DNA of 32,000 nucleotides from Candidatus Hadarchaeales archaeon (lineage in GTDB: Archaea > Hadarchaeota > Hadarchaeia > Hadarchaeales > Hadarchaeaceae). A program made the translations under genes and the position numbers. A model generated the notes under the pieces. That model did not search any database, was not told where the DNA came from, and saw only the letters and a program-made list of their open reading frames with translations. This document shows positions 1 to 9,076 of this stretch, in pieces. Within the stretch, counting starts at the first letter, position 1; each line of letters begins with the position of its first letter. The stretch is from positions 30,001 through 62,000 of the forward strand of contig JAWBCC010000002.1 in assembly GCA_038823825.1 (NCBI GenBank), given 5' to 3'.

Positions 1-828
1 ATACATCCTGAGAATCATAAACTTTGAATTTGGATGATTTTCTTCAAGTCTATTCAAGAAGTCCTCGACCTCAACGTGAATCCCTTTTCTGTATGGACAT
101 TTCCCCCAATACACTTTGAATCCTTTCAGAAGAGCATATATTGCTATTTCCTTCTCTGGAATCTCGCGCATCGGCTTTATTCTGGGAACAAATCCTTTCA
201 TGGGTTTAAGAATGGGCCCAAGCCTGTAAAGTCTGTAAATGTCGCTCCTGATGTAGTTGAGCATTATTGCCTGCACCTCATCGTCCAAGTTGTGCGCGGT
301 CGCGAGCTTGTCTGCTTCTACCTCTTTAGCCGTTCGATTGAGAAGCGAGCGCCTCAAAACTCCGCAGTATGTGCACGGACCAAGAGACTTTCCTTTTTCG
401 GATGCCTGCCGCAAAATCTCATCGAGCGTGAGTCCGAACGAGTCCCTGAAACTTACGACAAATAATTCGACATCAAGAGATCTCGCATTCTCTTTCGCGA
501 CCTCCACGCCAGCTTCTCGATAGCCAGATATCCCTTCATCTACCGTTATCGCGACAACTTCGCACCTTTTTCTTTCCGCAAATCTTTTGATGAGATGAAG
601 ACACGTGACCGAATCTTTCCCTCCTGAAACAGCGACAGCGATCCTTTCTCCCGGTTCTATCAGCCGATATTCTCTAATCGCCCTAAGGAATCTTTTCTCC
701 ACGCTCTTGCATAGACATCTATCGCAGAGGAAGTCACCCGTGTACCTTCTGTGGTAAACCGCCATCCTTCCGCAAAAAGAGCAGCGCTTCTCACCCTCCG
801 CTGACAATCGGATGGATGACAACCTCAT
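1..828 (-). CDS. TtuA/NcsA-like tRNA 2-thiolation protein (PP-loop ATPase with N-terminal zinc finger), C-terminus runs off the window
   Basis: Manual reverse-strand translation from ATG at 828: MRLSSIRLSAEGEKRCSFCGRMAVYHRRYTGDFLCDRC...IAVAVSGGKDSVTCLHL...CTYCGVLRRSLLNR...ATAHNLDDEVQ. CxxC zinc finger, SGGKDS PP-loop and CxxC core cysteines of the TtuA/Ctu1 family; frame open to position 1. Confidence 0.92.
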   Translation of the reverse strand, partial: MRLSSIRLSAEGEKRCSFCGRMAVYHRRYTGDFLCDRCLCKSVEKRFLRAIREYRLIEPGERIAVAVSGGKDSVTCLHLIKRFAERKRCEVVAITVDEGISGYREAGVEVAKENARSLDVELFVVSFRDSFGLTLDEILRQASEKGKSLGPCTYCGVLRRSLLNRTAKEVEADKLATAHNLDDEVQAIMLNYIRSDIYRLYRLGPILKPMKGFVPRIKPMREIPEKEIAIYALLKGFKVYWGKCPYRKGIHVEVEDFLNRLEENHPNSKFMILRMY

Positions 829-991
829 CTCCCTCCTCAAGCGAATTCTCCTCAGGGACTATCCTACCGTTTACAAAGACCACAACCGTCTCCCTGAGGA
901 TCCCATATCTTTTGAGTAAATCCAAGATTGTCGCTCCTTCTTCGATTTCTTTATCTTCTTTTCTCCCCTGCCATCTAACAGTAACCTTCAC
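791..991 (-). CDS. MoaD/ThiS family ubiquitin-like sulfur carrier protein (SAMP/TtuB-like)
   Basis: 66 aa ORF with beta-grasp sulfur carrier pattern (VFVNGRIVPEENSLEEGDEVVIHPIVSGG*) ending in Gly-Gly. Confidence 0.88.
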   Translation of the reverse strand: MKVTVRWQGRKEDKEIEEGATILDLLKRYGILRETVVVFVNGRIVPEENSLEEGDEVVIHPIVSGG

Positions 992-2172
992 GCTCTCACA
1001 ATCATGGGTAGGAGGTTCAGAATAATTAAGAGTAATATGAAGAAGGAAAATGCCTTAACAAAACCTCTCGCAAATCTCTTTGAATATCTGACCTCAAGAA
1101 GCGCTTCGAGCATGTATCCGCCGTCCAAGGGCTTCGCCGGGAGTAGATTGAATAAACCAATACCAAGATTTAGGGCAAAAAGCCACTTCAGGAGATCTAT
1201 AAGAAAAGGTGGAACATAAAAATGATAAAGATATGGATGAAAAACCGGACTGCCGAAAATCGTTGCATACATGAGAATTACCGTGTTTATCGGATGGAGA
1301 TATACTAAATTGGAAGGAGCTTGCGCTGCAATAAAAGGTAAATGACTCTCTCCATTTTCCTGTCTAATTTTGGCATGGAAAGTACCTCTATCGGTTACCA
1401 GTTCAAATTCTGTTCTCCGACTGGCATTCAAATAGTTTTTGAAATTTTTCACATCTTCTATTGAGCTTATTTGAAAGTTGTCCAGTGCAAGGATTTTTGC
1501 CCCGAGAATGTTTTCCTCCGCGAGTGGACTGTTCTCCGCCACTCCCCAGATGTAAACCCCCTGCTTGGGAGTCAAAACAGATAGAAGGATGAGCAAAAAT
1601 AAAAAAGATATCAAGATGTTCGTAACCGGTCCGGCAGCAAACATTCGCATTCTCTTTCCCGGACTGCTTCTAATCACCTGTCTTTCATCTGGCTCAACGA
1701 AGGCTCCCGGGATGAAGAGAAACAAAAGAACTCCCGCCGATTTCGTCCGTAGGCCTTGGGATCTCAAAAGGAATGCGTGGAAAACTTCGTGGAAAATCAA
1801 AACTACACCAACTACGATAAACCAAATGGTAATTGTAAGACCTGGAGCCGTGCCCGGAAGAATGAATCTCACACCCGGGATTGCCTCGCGTGGTCGCAAC
1901 AAAACGAAGATCGAGTTAGACAGCAGACCAGCGAAGACCGAAAACATCAGAAGAAATCCCAAACATGCGGCGATGGTTCCGTAAAAAATCCACCATTTTC
2001 TGAATTTTTTCCCAATTCTGTCTATGAATTTTAGACCTCTCGTCGTTTTCCACATGAGAATTGCCGGTGAAAGCGTGAAACCTCTTTTTGAGAGTGAGAG
2101 CTTTTTATATGTCGCCAAAATCACAAGCCATATGGCGCCTATGAGGAGTAGAAAGATCACTAAGTCGTTCAT
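988..2172 (-). CDS. M50 family (site-2 protease-like) membrane metalloprotease with PDZ-like region
   Basis: 394 aa, several hydrophobic segments, HEVFHAF (HExxH) zinc motif and later NLLPAKPLDGG (NxxPxxxxDGG) motif of site-2 proteases. Confidence 0.9.
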   Translation of the reverse strand: MNDLVIFLLLIGAIWLVILATYKKLSLSKRGFTLSPAILMWKTTRGLKFIDRIGKKFRKWWIFYGTIAACLGFLLMFSVFAGLLSNSIFVLLRPREAIPGVRFILPGTAPGLTITIWFIVVGVVLIFHEVFHAFLLRSQGLRTKSAGVLLFLFIPGAFVEPDERQVIRSSPGKRMRMFAAGPVTNILISFLFLLILLSVLTPKQGVYIWGVAENSPLAEENILGAKILALDNFQISSIEDVKNFKNYLNASRRTEFELVTDRGTFHAKIRQENGESHLPFIAAQAPSNLVYLHPINTVILMYATIFGSPVFHPYLYHFYVPPFLIDLLKWLFALNLGIGLFNLLPAKPLDGGYMLEALLEVRYSKRFARGFVKAFSFFILLLIILNLLPMIVRA

Positions 2173-2226
2173 CTTTTACAGATACAACTTTTACCATATT
2201 AACTGTGTATACGAGAATGGTGCAAG

Positions 2227-2931
2227 ATGGTAAAGCCCGAGAGAGTAGGCGAGGTCAGAGAAGTTATCTATTCTGAAGAAAGATGGACACTCCTACAGCA
2301 GTTCAGAAAAAAGGCACTTACAATCATGGAAAAACTCGAGGTGTTCGATCCGATTGTGCACGGCAGCGTTGCGAGAGGAGATGTTGACAAGGAAAGCGAC
2401 ATCGACATTTTCCTGCAGGCTTCTCCCACCCCTTACATCGTCGAGGTTTCGCTGGCACGCCACGGTTTCGAAATCCTCAGAAGAGAGATCGTGATGGCCA
2501 CACCTTGGCAGTTGCCAAAAGCGCACATCTACTTGGATGAAAAAACATCTGTTACCGTGCCACTTCTGAAACCTACAAAACTCGAGCTTGAATTTTACCA
2601 CTTTGGTGGAGCCCTTGACTTTAACGATCTGAGAGCTAACAAAAGAGCACCAGGAGTGGACAAAAGATTGATGCTCATTGAACCAACACCGCAAGGACAC
2701 ATCGAGAGTTCAATCATTGGAAAGGAGGAAGAAACTGCCAAGCTTCTTGGAGTAAGCCCAGAAATCGTCAGAGAACGAGTTCAGGTTCTTATGAAAAGAG
2801 CCGAAGTAGGACACACTGGGCTCTTCATAAAAAGAGAGCTTCTTCCACATGAAAGCATAGAGGAGGTTTTCAAAAAAGAAGTTCTCGAAAATCCTTTGGC
2901 GAGAATGAGGTTATCCGGCCAAGGAAAATAA
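2227..2931 (+). CDS. Predicted nucleotidyltransferase (COG2413-like)
   Basis: GSVARGDVDKESDIDIFL matches the nucleotidyltransferase GSx(n)DxD signature; 234 aa. Confidence 0.8.
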   Translation: MVKPERVGEVREVIYSEERWTLLQQFRKKALTIMEKLEVFDPIVHGSVARGDVDKESDIDIFLQASPTPYIVEVSLARHGFEILRREIVMATPWQLPKAHIYLDEKTSVTVPLLKPTKLELEFYHFGGALDFNDLRANKRAPGVDKRLMLIEPTPQGHIESSIIGKEEETAKLLGVSPEIVRERVQVLMKRAEVGHTGLFIKRELLPHESIEEVFKKEVLENPLARMRLSGQGK

Positions 2932-4479
2932 TCTCTCAACTACAAATCTTCTGTCAAGGGCAGAAAGGAACGCTCCAGCCCTTGGTCCAGATGGTCTTCC
3001 GAGAAATGCTAGATAAATCGCCTCAAAAAGCTTGGGCGGATCCAGTCCAATCTCGCGAGCCAATTCGTATATCTTTGTGTGTAGCTCGACCGGACCAAGT
3101 TCAGCATGCGACATTATTTCGGCCAATCTCCTGAGACCCTCGCGTTGTTTCTCATCGAGTTTGACGGACGGAGTCTCTGTTAATATCTCAAACTTCAGAT
3201 GCTCTGGAGCATAGAGCTCCACCCATCTTCTAGCAAGTCTGAGACGTAACAACGCTCTCCGGATATCATCCTCGTCCGGATTCACAAGCAATCCCCTCGA
3301 TTTCAATATCTCAAGCGTTTCTTCCTCACTCCTTTTGATCTGACAAAGAACAGCTGCAAACCTAAACGGGACTCTTTGTGGTTTCTTTTTCGCCAGACCG
3401 TCAACCTGCGAGAGTTCATAAATTCTTTTTACCTGTTCCACCCTTGAGAGTGGGAGCTCGCCCTCGCCGAAATAAACCCTTTCAGCGAGATCATACTCAT
3501 CATAGAGATCCGGCAGATTGCTGGGGTTAAACTCCTTTGCCTTCATCGGTTTACTCCTAAAAATAAAATAGCGCAAAAGTTCGGGCTCGGCGACTTCAAG
3601 CCACTGCTTTAACGTGAAAACCACACCTTTTGACGAAGAAAGCTTCTCACCACCCATCGCCACCCATTCGTATGGAACTGGATAAGGTGGTTCACATTCA
3701 AAAACCTCTCTCGCTATGAGCCTGCCCGTATCATAACTCCCTCCGGCAGCCGCATGATCTTTTCCGAATGGTTCGCACGTAACTCCTAAAAGCTTCCATC
3801 TGGCAGGCCACTCCACCCTCCACGTGAGCTTTCCCTCTCCTTTGGTGTAATCCGCCTCTCCTTCATGACCGCAACCTTCGACGTATGGTGCTCCTTCGCA
3901 TCGATATCTCACGAAATCGCCATGCCAGTCGATCGCGCGTGTGGTCGATATTCTTCCGCAGTTCTCACAGAGAGGATCAAAAGGAAGCCAGTCGTCTGGC
4001 AGTGGTGTTTCCCTGAACATGTTCAGAATCTTGCGGATCTTCTCGGACTTCTGAAGGGCAATTCTTATCAACTCCGACATCATTCCGCTCCGGTAAATTT
4101 CTGCTGCAGAGAAGATTTCCACTTCTATCCCAAAGCTTTTCAGAGACTCTATGAAAGGGCGAGAGAAATAGTCGACAAAACTCCGGTAGGCCGGGTCCGG
4201 CGATGGTATGTTCACGTATGGATAGCCGAGGTATCTTCCGAATTCGTTCTCATTGAGAGGACTTGGAACTCTTCTCATAGGATCATAATCATCAGCGTAC
4301 CAAATCGCCCTTGCATCTGCTCCTTTCTTTCTGAGAACCTTAGCAATGGCGTCAGCGATAAAAACGTCGTTTGCATGGCCTATGTGGATGTGACCAGAGA
4401 TGGAAATCCCACTGGCAACGGTGTGTCTCCTCCCGCGTTCAAGGAGCTCCTCTGCTATCAAATCTACCCAGTGCATCAA
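2911..4479 (-). CDS. lysS: Class I lysyl-tRNA synthetase
   Basis: HIGHANDVF and KLSSSKG class I signatures, cysteine-rich insert typical of LysRS-I, 522 aa. Confidence 0.96.
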   Translation of the reverse strand: MMHWVDLIAEELLERGRRHTVASGISISGHIHIGHANDVFIADAIAKVLRKKGADARAIWYADDYDPMRRVPSPLNENEFGRYLGYPYVNIPSPDPAYRSFVDYFSRPFIESLKSFGIEVEIFSAAEIYRSGMMSELIRIALQKSEKIRKILNMFRETPLPDDWLPFDPLCENCGRISTTRAIDWHGDFVRYRCEGAPYVEGCGHEGEADYTKGEGKLTWRVEWPARWKLLGVTCEPFGKDHAAAGGSYDTGRLIAREVFECEPPYPVPYEWVAMGGEKLSSSKGVVFTLKQWLEVAEPELLRYFIFRSKPMKAKEFNPSNLPDLYDEYDLAERVYFGEGELPLSRVEQVKRIYELSQVDGLAKKKPQRVPFRFAAVLCQIKRSEEETLEILKSRGLLVNPDEDDIRRALLRLRLARRWVELYAPEHLKFEILTETPSVKLDEKQREGLRRLAEIMSHAELGPVELHTKIYELAREIGLDPPKLFEAIYLAFLGRPSGPRAGAFLSALDRRFVVERLFSLAG

Positions 4480-4519
4480 TAGTTTTTTAAGACGTGAACT
4501 CTAAAAATCATGGAGTTAG

Positions 4520-5692
4520 ATGCTTCCAGCTAAAAGGATGAGTAAAATCCCACCGTCAAGCACTCTGAAAATTTTGAGATTAGCCAAAGAACTCGAACGA
4601 AGCGGGAAAAGGATTTTACACCTTGAGGTTGGAGAACCAGATTTCGACACGCCCGAACACATAAAGAGGGCTGCTGAGGAAGCTCTTCGAAAAGGAATGA
4701 CGAAGTATACTCCAAGCCCCGGACTCCCTCAGCTTAGAGAAAAAATAGCCGAGAAGCTTGGGGAGGAGAAGGGCGTAGATCTCAAGCAGGAAAACATAAT
4801 CGTTACGCCTGGTGCCAAACATGCGATTTTCTGCGCTTTGGTTTCCATATTGGATCCAGAAGATGAGATCATCATCCCCAGTCCATGCTGGACTTATGAG
4901 GCAATTGTCTTAGTTGCCGGTGGAAAACCCGTCTTTTTGAGAACTAAAGAGGATGAAGGATTCGTCCCCAAACCGGAGGATCTAGAGCGAAAAATCACGA
5001 AAAAAACGAAAGCCATCCTCTTGAACTATCCGAGCAATCCGACCGGAGCGATCATCGACAGAAGTGCTCTGGAAGATATCCTTTTGATAGCGAAGAAAGA
5101 AAAACTTTGGATCATCTCGGACGAGATTTACGAAAAACTGACATATGAAAAAAGGAGCGCAAGCATATTCGATTTCCCGGATTGCCTTGACAGATCTGTT
5201 TACATAAGCGGCTTCTCGAAGACCTACGCGATGACGGGCTGGAGACTCGGATATGCCGTTGCACCTGCTAACTTAATCTCAGAGATGATAAAAATCCAAG
5301 AAGCAACAACCTCCTGCGTTCCTGGATTCGTCCAGATGGCCGGAATAGCTGCGCTGGACGGACCACAGGATTTTGTTGAGAAAATGAGAAAGGAATACTG
5401 GACCAGAAGGGATCTCTCCGTCTACCTCCTGAACTCAATCGAGGGGGTGAGCTGCAGAAAACCTGGAGGGGCTTTTTACGCATTTCCAAACATGCGGGAA
5501 ATTGGAACAGCATCGGTTGAATTTTGTGAGAGGCTTCTGCAAGAGGAGGGAGTCGCTGCCGTCCCTGGGTCGGGCTTCGGGCCTGGTGGAGAAGGACACC
5601 TTAGAATCAGTTTCGCGACTTCACCAGACGTCATAAGAGAGGGCATAGAGAAGATCAAATCCCTTGTTGAGAGAATTCGTAAGGAGAAGTGA
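4520..5692 (+). CDS. Pyridoxal phosphate-dependent class I/II aminotransferase (aspartate aminotransferase-like)
   Basis: LEVGEPDFDTPEHIKRAA, NYPSNPTGA, SGFSKTYAMTGWRLGY (PLP lysine region); start may be internal MSKIPPSSTL at about 4538. Confidence 0.93.
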   Translation: MLPAKRMSKIPPSSTLKILRLAKELERSGKRILHLEVGEPDFDTPEHIKRAAEEALRKGMTKYTPSPGLPQLREKIAEKLGEEKGVDLKQENIIVTPGAKHAIFCALVSILDPEDEIIIPSPCWTYEAIVLVAGGKPVFLRTKEDEGFVPKPEDLERKITKKTKAILLNYPSNPTGAIIDRSALEDILLIAKKEKLWIISDEIYEKLTYEKRSASIFDFPDCLDRSVYISGFSKTYAMTGWRLGYAVAPANLISEMIKIQEATTSCVPGFVQMAGIAALDGPQDFVEKMRKEYWTRRDLSVYLLNSIEGVSCRKPGGAFYAFPNMREIGTASVEFCERLLQEEGVAAVPGSGFGPGGEGHLRISFATSPDVIREGIEKIKSLVERIRKEK

Positions 5693-6362
5693 GGATTTCC
5701 CTTATTTTTTTCGCCTTTTTAGGCCCTATTCCTGGAACAAGCATGAGCTCTGCTTCGCTCGCCATCATCACCCGCTCCACCGTTTTAAATTTTCTTAGCA
5801 GCCTTTCAGCCAGAATGACGGAGACTCCTGGAAGACCCTCCAAGACGAACCTCTGGAGACGATCGAGGGTTGGACTTGGAGGCTTCCTGCGCTCGAGTGG
5901 AATTTCTCTTTTTTTCTTCATCGATCTTCTAGCGATTACTGCGATGAAACCTGCTGTATCTTCCTCATCTGTGGTTTGTATCACAGAAACACCGAGATCC
6001 GTAGAGAGTGCCGCAAGAGCTCCTCTTATCGCGTTCGGATGGATCAACCTCCTGCCGTGCAGATCAGTCCCTTCAATTATGATTATCGGATGTTCAAAAG
6101 TTTCGCTCAAAAGTTTGGCTTGATTCAAAAGTCTTCCATCTACAATGGACTGCAGAAAATCCCCGGCCGTCTTCCGCTCGATTCCGACATCTCCGATGAT
6201 ATAGTCGCCCACATCAAGTTTTTCAAACTTAACATCAACACCAACGGCAAGGAGATGCTGAATAACGCCTGATTGAGACTCCCTGTGATCGGCGATGACG
6301 GTGGGTTTCATCTCATCACAGACTTCAATTTTTTTCTGATAAAAGATGTTCTCGTTCGGCAA
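5655..6362 (-). CDS. xpf: Short XPF/ERCC4-type 3'-flap/fork endonuclease, nuclease plus HhH domains, no helicase
   Basis: GDVGIERKTAGDFLQSI (ERKxxxD nuclease motif) and tandem HhH (LEGLPGVSVILAERLL; LMLVPGIGPKKAKKI); 235 aa. Confidence 0.92.
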   Translation of the reverse strand: MPNENIFYQKKIEVCDEMKPTVIADHRESQSGVIQHLLAVGVDVKFEKLDVGDYIIGDVGIERKTAGDFLQSIVDGRLLNQAKLLSETFEHPIIIIEGTDLHGRRLIHPNAIRGALAALSTDLGVSVIQTTDEEDTAGFIAVIARRSMKKKREIPLERRKPPSPTLDRLQRFVLEGLPGVSVILAERLLRKFKTVERVMMASEAELMLVPGIGPKKAKKIREILTSPYEFSQQGI

Positions 6363-6403
6363 ATATCTGCCCTACTTTGGTTTCCGCGAATGTTATTTTT
6401 AAA

Positions 6404-6673
6404 TCAAAGCAACGCACTGTATATCCATATCCAAGAGATGAGCCATACCATAAAGAACGGTCCAAAACCAGAACTGAGGATTTTGGAAATTGGAAATTCC
6501 GACTGCTGCAGCTTTAGGATTTTGCCTGCGAGAGACGCCGACAAAAGGTAGACAATGATCGCTATAAAAAGCGCTCCCCAACTGTTCTTTATAACCGCGG
6601 AGACTATCCCAGAGATCATTCCCATCAAAACGAAAAACAACACCATCTTTGTTTGCGGCTGCAGAGATCTCAC
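6404..6673 (-). CDS. Small hydrophobic membrane protein, hypothetical
   Basis: 89 aa ORF with 2-3 predicted hydrophobic helices, same strand as xpf and filling the gap. Confidence 0.55.
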   Translation of the reverse strand: MRSLQPQTKMVLFFVLMGMISGIVSAVIKNSWGALFIAIIVYLLSASLAGKILKLQQSEFPISKILSSGFGPFFMVWLISWIWIYSALL

Positions 6674-6696
6674 CCGTTTATCATACCATCACAAGG

Positions 6697-6706
6697 TTTT
6701 ATATAT
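6697..6706 (+). promoter_or_regulatory. Candidate TATA box (TTTTATATAT) for the EamA transporter gene
   Basis: AT-rich element about 37 nt upstream of GTG 6734 and 46 nt upstream of ATG 6743, spacing compatible with an archaeal promoter. Confidence 0.4.
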
Positions 6707-6733
6707 GTCGTGACTTGAAATTGCATCAATCGG

Positions 6734-7594
6734 GTGAAAAATATGCAGAACATTGCCGCTTTTCTAGCCGTGCTCGCAACAATCTGTTGGGGAATGGATC
6801 AAGTTCTGGGAAAAGCATCAGTGAGAGCCATACACCCCTTTTTCTTCAACGTCATCCGATCTTCCTTTGCTTTCATTCTAATTCTTTTTTTGTTCTTGAT
6901 ATTTGACGGAAATTTTGGCAAGCCTTGGATAGTTGCGCTCGCGGCCGCCTCAGGTCTGATCGGGGAGTTTCTAGCCGCCGAGTTGTATTTTATGGTCATG
7001 AAGAGAAGCCCTGCCCACATTGTCATTCCAGCCGGAAACACAGACCCGCTGTGGGGGGCGCTAGGGGCGATGGTTCTGCTTGGTGAAAAACCGGGCTCGG
7101 CCATTCTCGCCTCCATCATTCTCGTACTCATTGGAACATTTTTGCTCGCCGAACGGAATGGGGAAAAAGATGGGTGGAGGGGAGGCATTTTCCTCGCTCT
7201 TCTCGTTGCAGCTCTTTGGGGTATCATGCTGCCGTTTGCAAAAATTTGTCTAGATGAGGGAATGACACAGATTGCCTATCAAACGGTTAGAATCGGAGCT
7301 GCGGCTGCTGGGTGTGTCCTCTTCTGGCTTGTCAGCGGTATGCGGGTTGGAGAAGTCGGAAGAAAACCCATCTCTCTTACGCTCGCCTCTGGATTTTTGG
7401 CATTCTTTCTTGGCTTCGTGCTTTGGCTAAAAGCTTTGAGTCTCGAGACTGCCAGTTCTCTGGCTCCCTTGCTTGGAGGAAAAGTTGCCTTTGGATTTTT
7501 GTTCAGCGTTGTGCTTCTTCGGGAAAGAACCAGTTTAAAAAGCATTGCTGGGGCCTGTCTAATCATGGCTGGAATATTCCTCGCCACGCTTTGA
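6734..7594 (+). CDS. EamA/DMT-family transporter
   Basis: About 10 hydrophobic segments in two EamA-like halves (WGMDQVLGKASVR...; LLVAALWGIMLPFAK...; ETASSLAPLLGGKVAFGFLFSVVLLRE). GTG at 6734 or ATG at 6743. Confidence 0.88.
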   Translation: MKNMQNIAAFLAVLATICWGMDQVLGKASVRAIHPFFFNVIRSSFAFILILFLFLIFDGNFGKPWIVALAAASGLIGEFLAAELYFMVMKRSPAHIVIPAGNTDPLWGALGAMVLLGEKPGSAILASIILVLIGTFLLAERNGEKDGWRGGIFLALLVAALWGIMLPFAKICLDEGMTQIAYQTVRIGAAAAGCVLFWLVSGMRVGEVGRKPISLTLASGFLAFFLGFVLWLKALSLETASSLAPLLGGKVAFGFLFSVVLLRERTSLKSIAGACLIMAGIFLATL

Positions 7595-7632
7595 GAATTA
7601 CGCTTAAATCGAAAAAGTTTTGAGATAAATTT

Positions 7633-9000
7633 GTGCGAATAACGGTTTTCGGTGGAGCTGGGGAAATAGGAGGAAACCAAATCCTTCTAGAGGGAAAAGA
7701 AACCAAAATCTTGCTAGATTTCGGAAGAAGTTTTGCTAGAGAATCACTTTATTTCGATGAACCGTATCTTTCTGCGAGAAAGCCAGAGCATCTTTATTCT
7801 TTACATTTGCTTCCGGATATAGAAGGTATTTATCCTTGGGAGGAAATAGAACCCTCCATTTCCGGAATTTTCATATCGCATGCCCATCTCGATCATATGG
7901 ATTATATTCGATACGTCAAGGAATCCATACCCATTTATGTTGGAGAAGGAACTTGGAAAATAATAACCGCTAGAGATGCCACGGGGAAATCCTCGAAATA
8001 TCAACTGGCAAAATTCAACGAAAAGTTGTCGGATTCGCCCCAAAGATGCATCGTGCCATGTAGAGGCTTCACCATTCAGCCTTTCAGAACCGGACGAGAA
8101 CTCTCGGTTGACGAATTCAAAATAAAACCGGTACATGTGGATCATTCTGCCCCAGCAGCGTATGGTTTCATAATTGATGGACCGGAGGGAAGAGTCGTGT
8201 ATACGGGCGACATTAGATTTCACGGCTACAAGCGAAGCTTCTCCGAAGAGTTCCTGAGGATGGCCGAGAATCCGGATGTCCTGATAACTGAAGGAACAAA
8301 TCTTGTGGGTTTCAAGCCATCAAGTGAAGAAGAAGTTGGAAGAAAACTCGGAGATATAATCGAAAAGACAAGCGGACTCGTGGCCGCCAGCTTTTCACCA
8401 GTCGATATCGACAGAATGAAAACATTCTTCAACGTTGCAAAAAGAAGTGGTAGAAAGTTCATTATCTCAATGAAACAGGCAATGCTCATAGATGTTTTGA
8501 GTGATGAGATAAGACAGAGGTTGTTGGATTTCCCCTTTACGCTCGGAGACGAAAATGTTCTCATATACGAAAGAGAGAAGGAAAAAACATACAAGTGGGA
8601 GGAAAAGATGATTGAGAGATATGAAGTGGTTGATTCCTCTTGGGTTTCAGAACACCAGCAAGAGGTTCTTTTATTTGCAACTTACTATGACATGCTCGAG
8701 ATGCTCACCATAAAACCAGAGGTTGGTTCTGTTTTCATCTATTCAGAGAGCGAACCCTGGAACGAAGAAGGAGAGTTTGAGTTTGAGAAGCTTGAAAATT
8801 GGTTAGAAACATTGGGTATGCCGCTTGTCCACATACACGCATCCGGGCACGCCTCACCATTCGATCTAAAAAGGATGATCGAGACTTTAAGCCCGAGAAA
8901 AATCATAATGGTTCACTCCGAAAGACCCGAAATTTTCAAAAAATTCGCCAACGTTGAAAATATGATCTGCCCGCAACAAGGTGTCCCAATCGAATTGTGA
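7633..9000 (+). CDS. RNase J-like MBL-fold/beta-CASP metallohydrolase
   Basis: GTG start; GGAGEIGGNQ, SHAHLDHMD (HxHxDH), YTGDIRFHG, HASGHAS and HSERPE motifs; 455 aa. Confidence 0.85.
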   Translation: MRITVFGGAGEIGGNQILLEGKETKILLDFGRSFARESLYFDEPYLSARKPEHLYSLHLLPDIEGIYPWEEIEPSISGIFISHAHLDHMDYIRYVKESIPIYVGEGTWKIITARDATGKSSKYQLAKFNEKLSDSPQRCIVPCRGFTIQPFRTGRELSVDEFKIKPVHVDHSAPAAYGFIIDGPEGRVVYTGDIRFHGYKRSFSEEFLRMAENPDVLITEGTNLVGFKPSSEEEVGRKLGDIIEKTSGLVAASFSPVDIDRMKTFFNVAKRSGRKFIISMKQAMLIDVLSDEIRQRLLDFPFTLGDENVLIYEREKEKTYKWEEKMIERYEVVDSSWVSEHQQEVLLFATYYDMLEMLTIKPEVGSVFIYSESEPWNEEGEFEFEKLENWLETLGMPLVHIHASGHASPFDLKRMIETLSPRKIIMVHSERPEIFKKFANVENMICPQQGVPIEL

Positions 9001-9076
9001 TCTTTCTGAAAGTTTTTAGCTTGAATCCCGCCTATAGCCTACAGGGTATTTCACCGCAAAAAAATATTTTGATTAG

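Noticed and set aside
816-1025. Plus-strand ORF antisense to the MoaD-like gene, and many similar antisense ORFs in the track (e.g. 3865-4482, 14657-15136, 19807-20370, 25250-25588).
   Set aside because: Each lies opposite a gene with recognised family motifs, is low-complexity or Ser/Phe-rich, and is explained by the complement of the real coding frame.
9015-9040. TTGAATCCCGCC near the end of the RNase J-like gene resembles the T-arm/3' end of tRNA-Thr (TTCAATTCCCGCC), a possible att remnant.
   Set aside because: The match is only about 7-9 nt with an indel, no integrase is present, and it does not bound a clear element; chance is a sufficient explanation.
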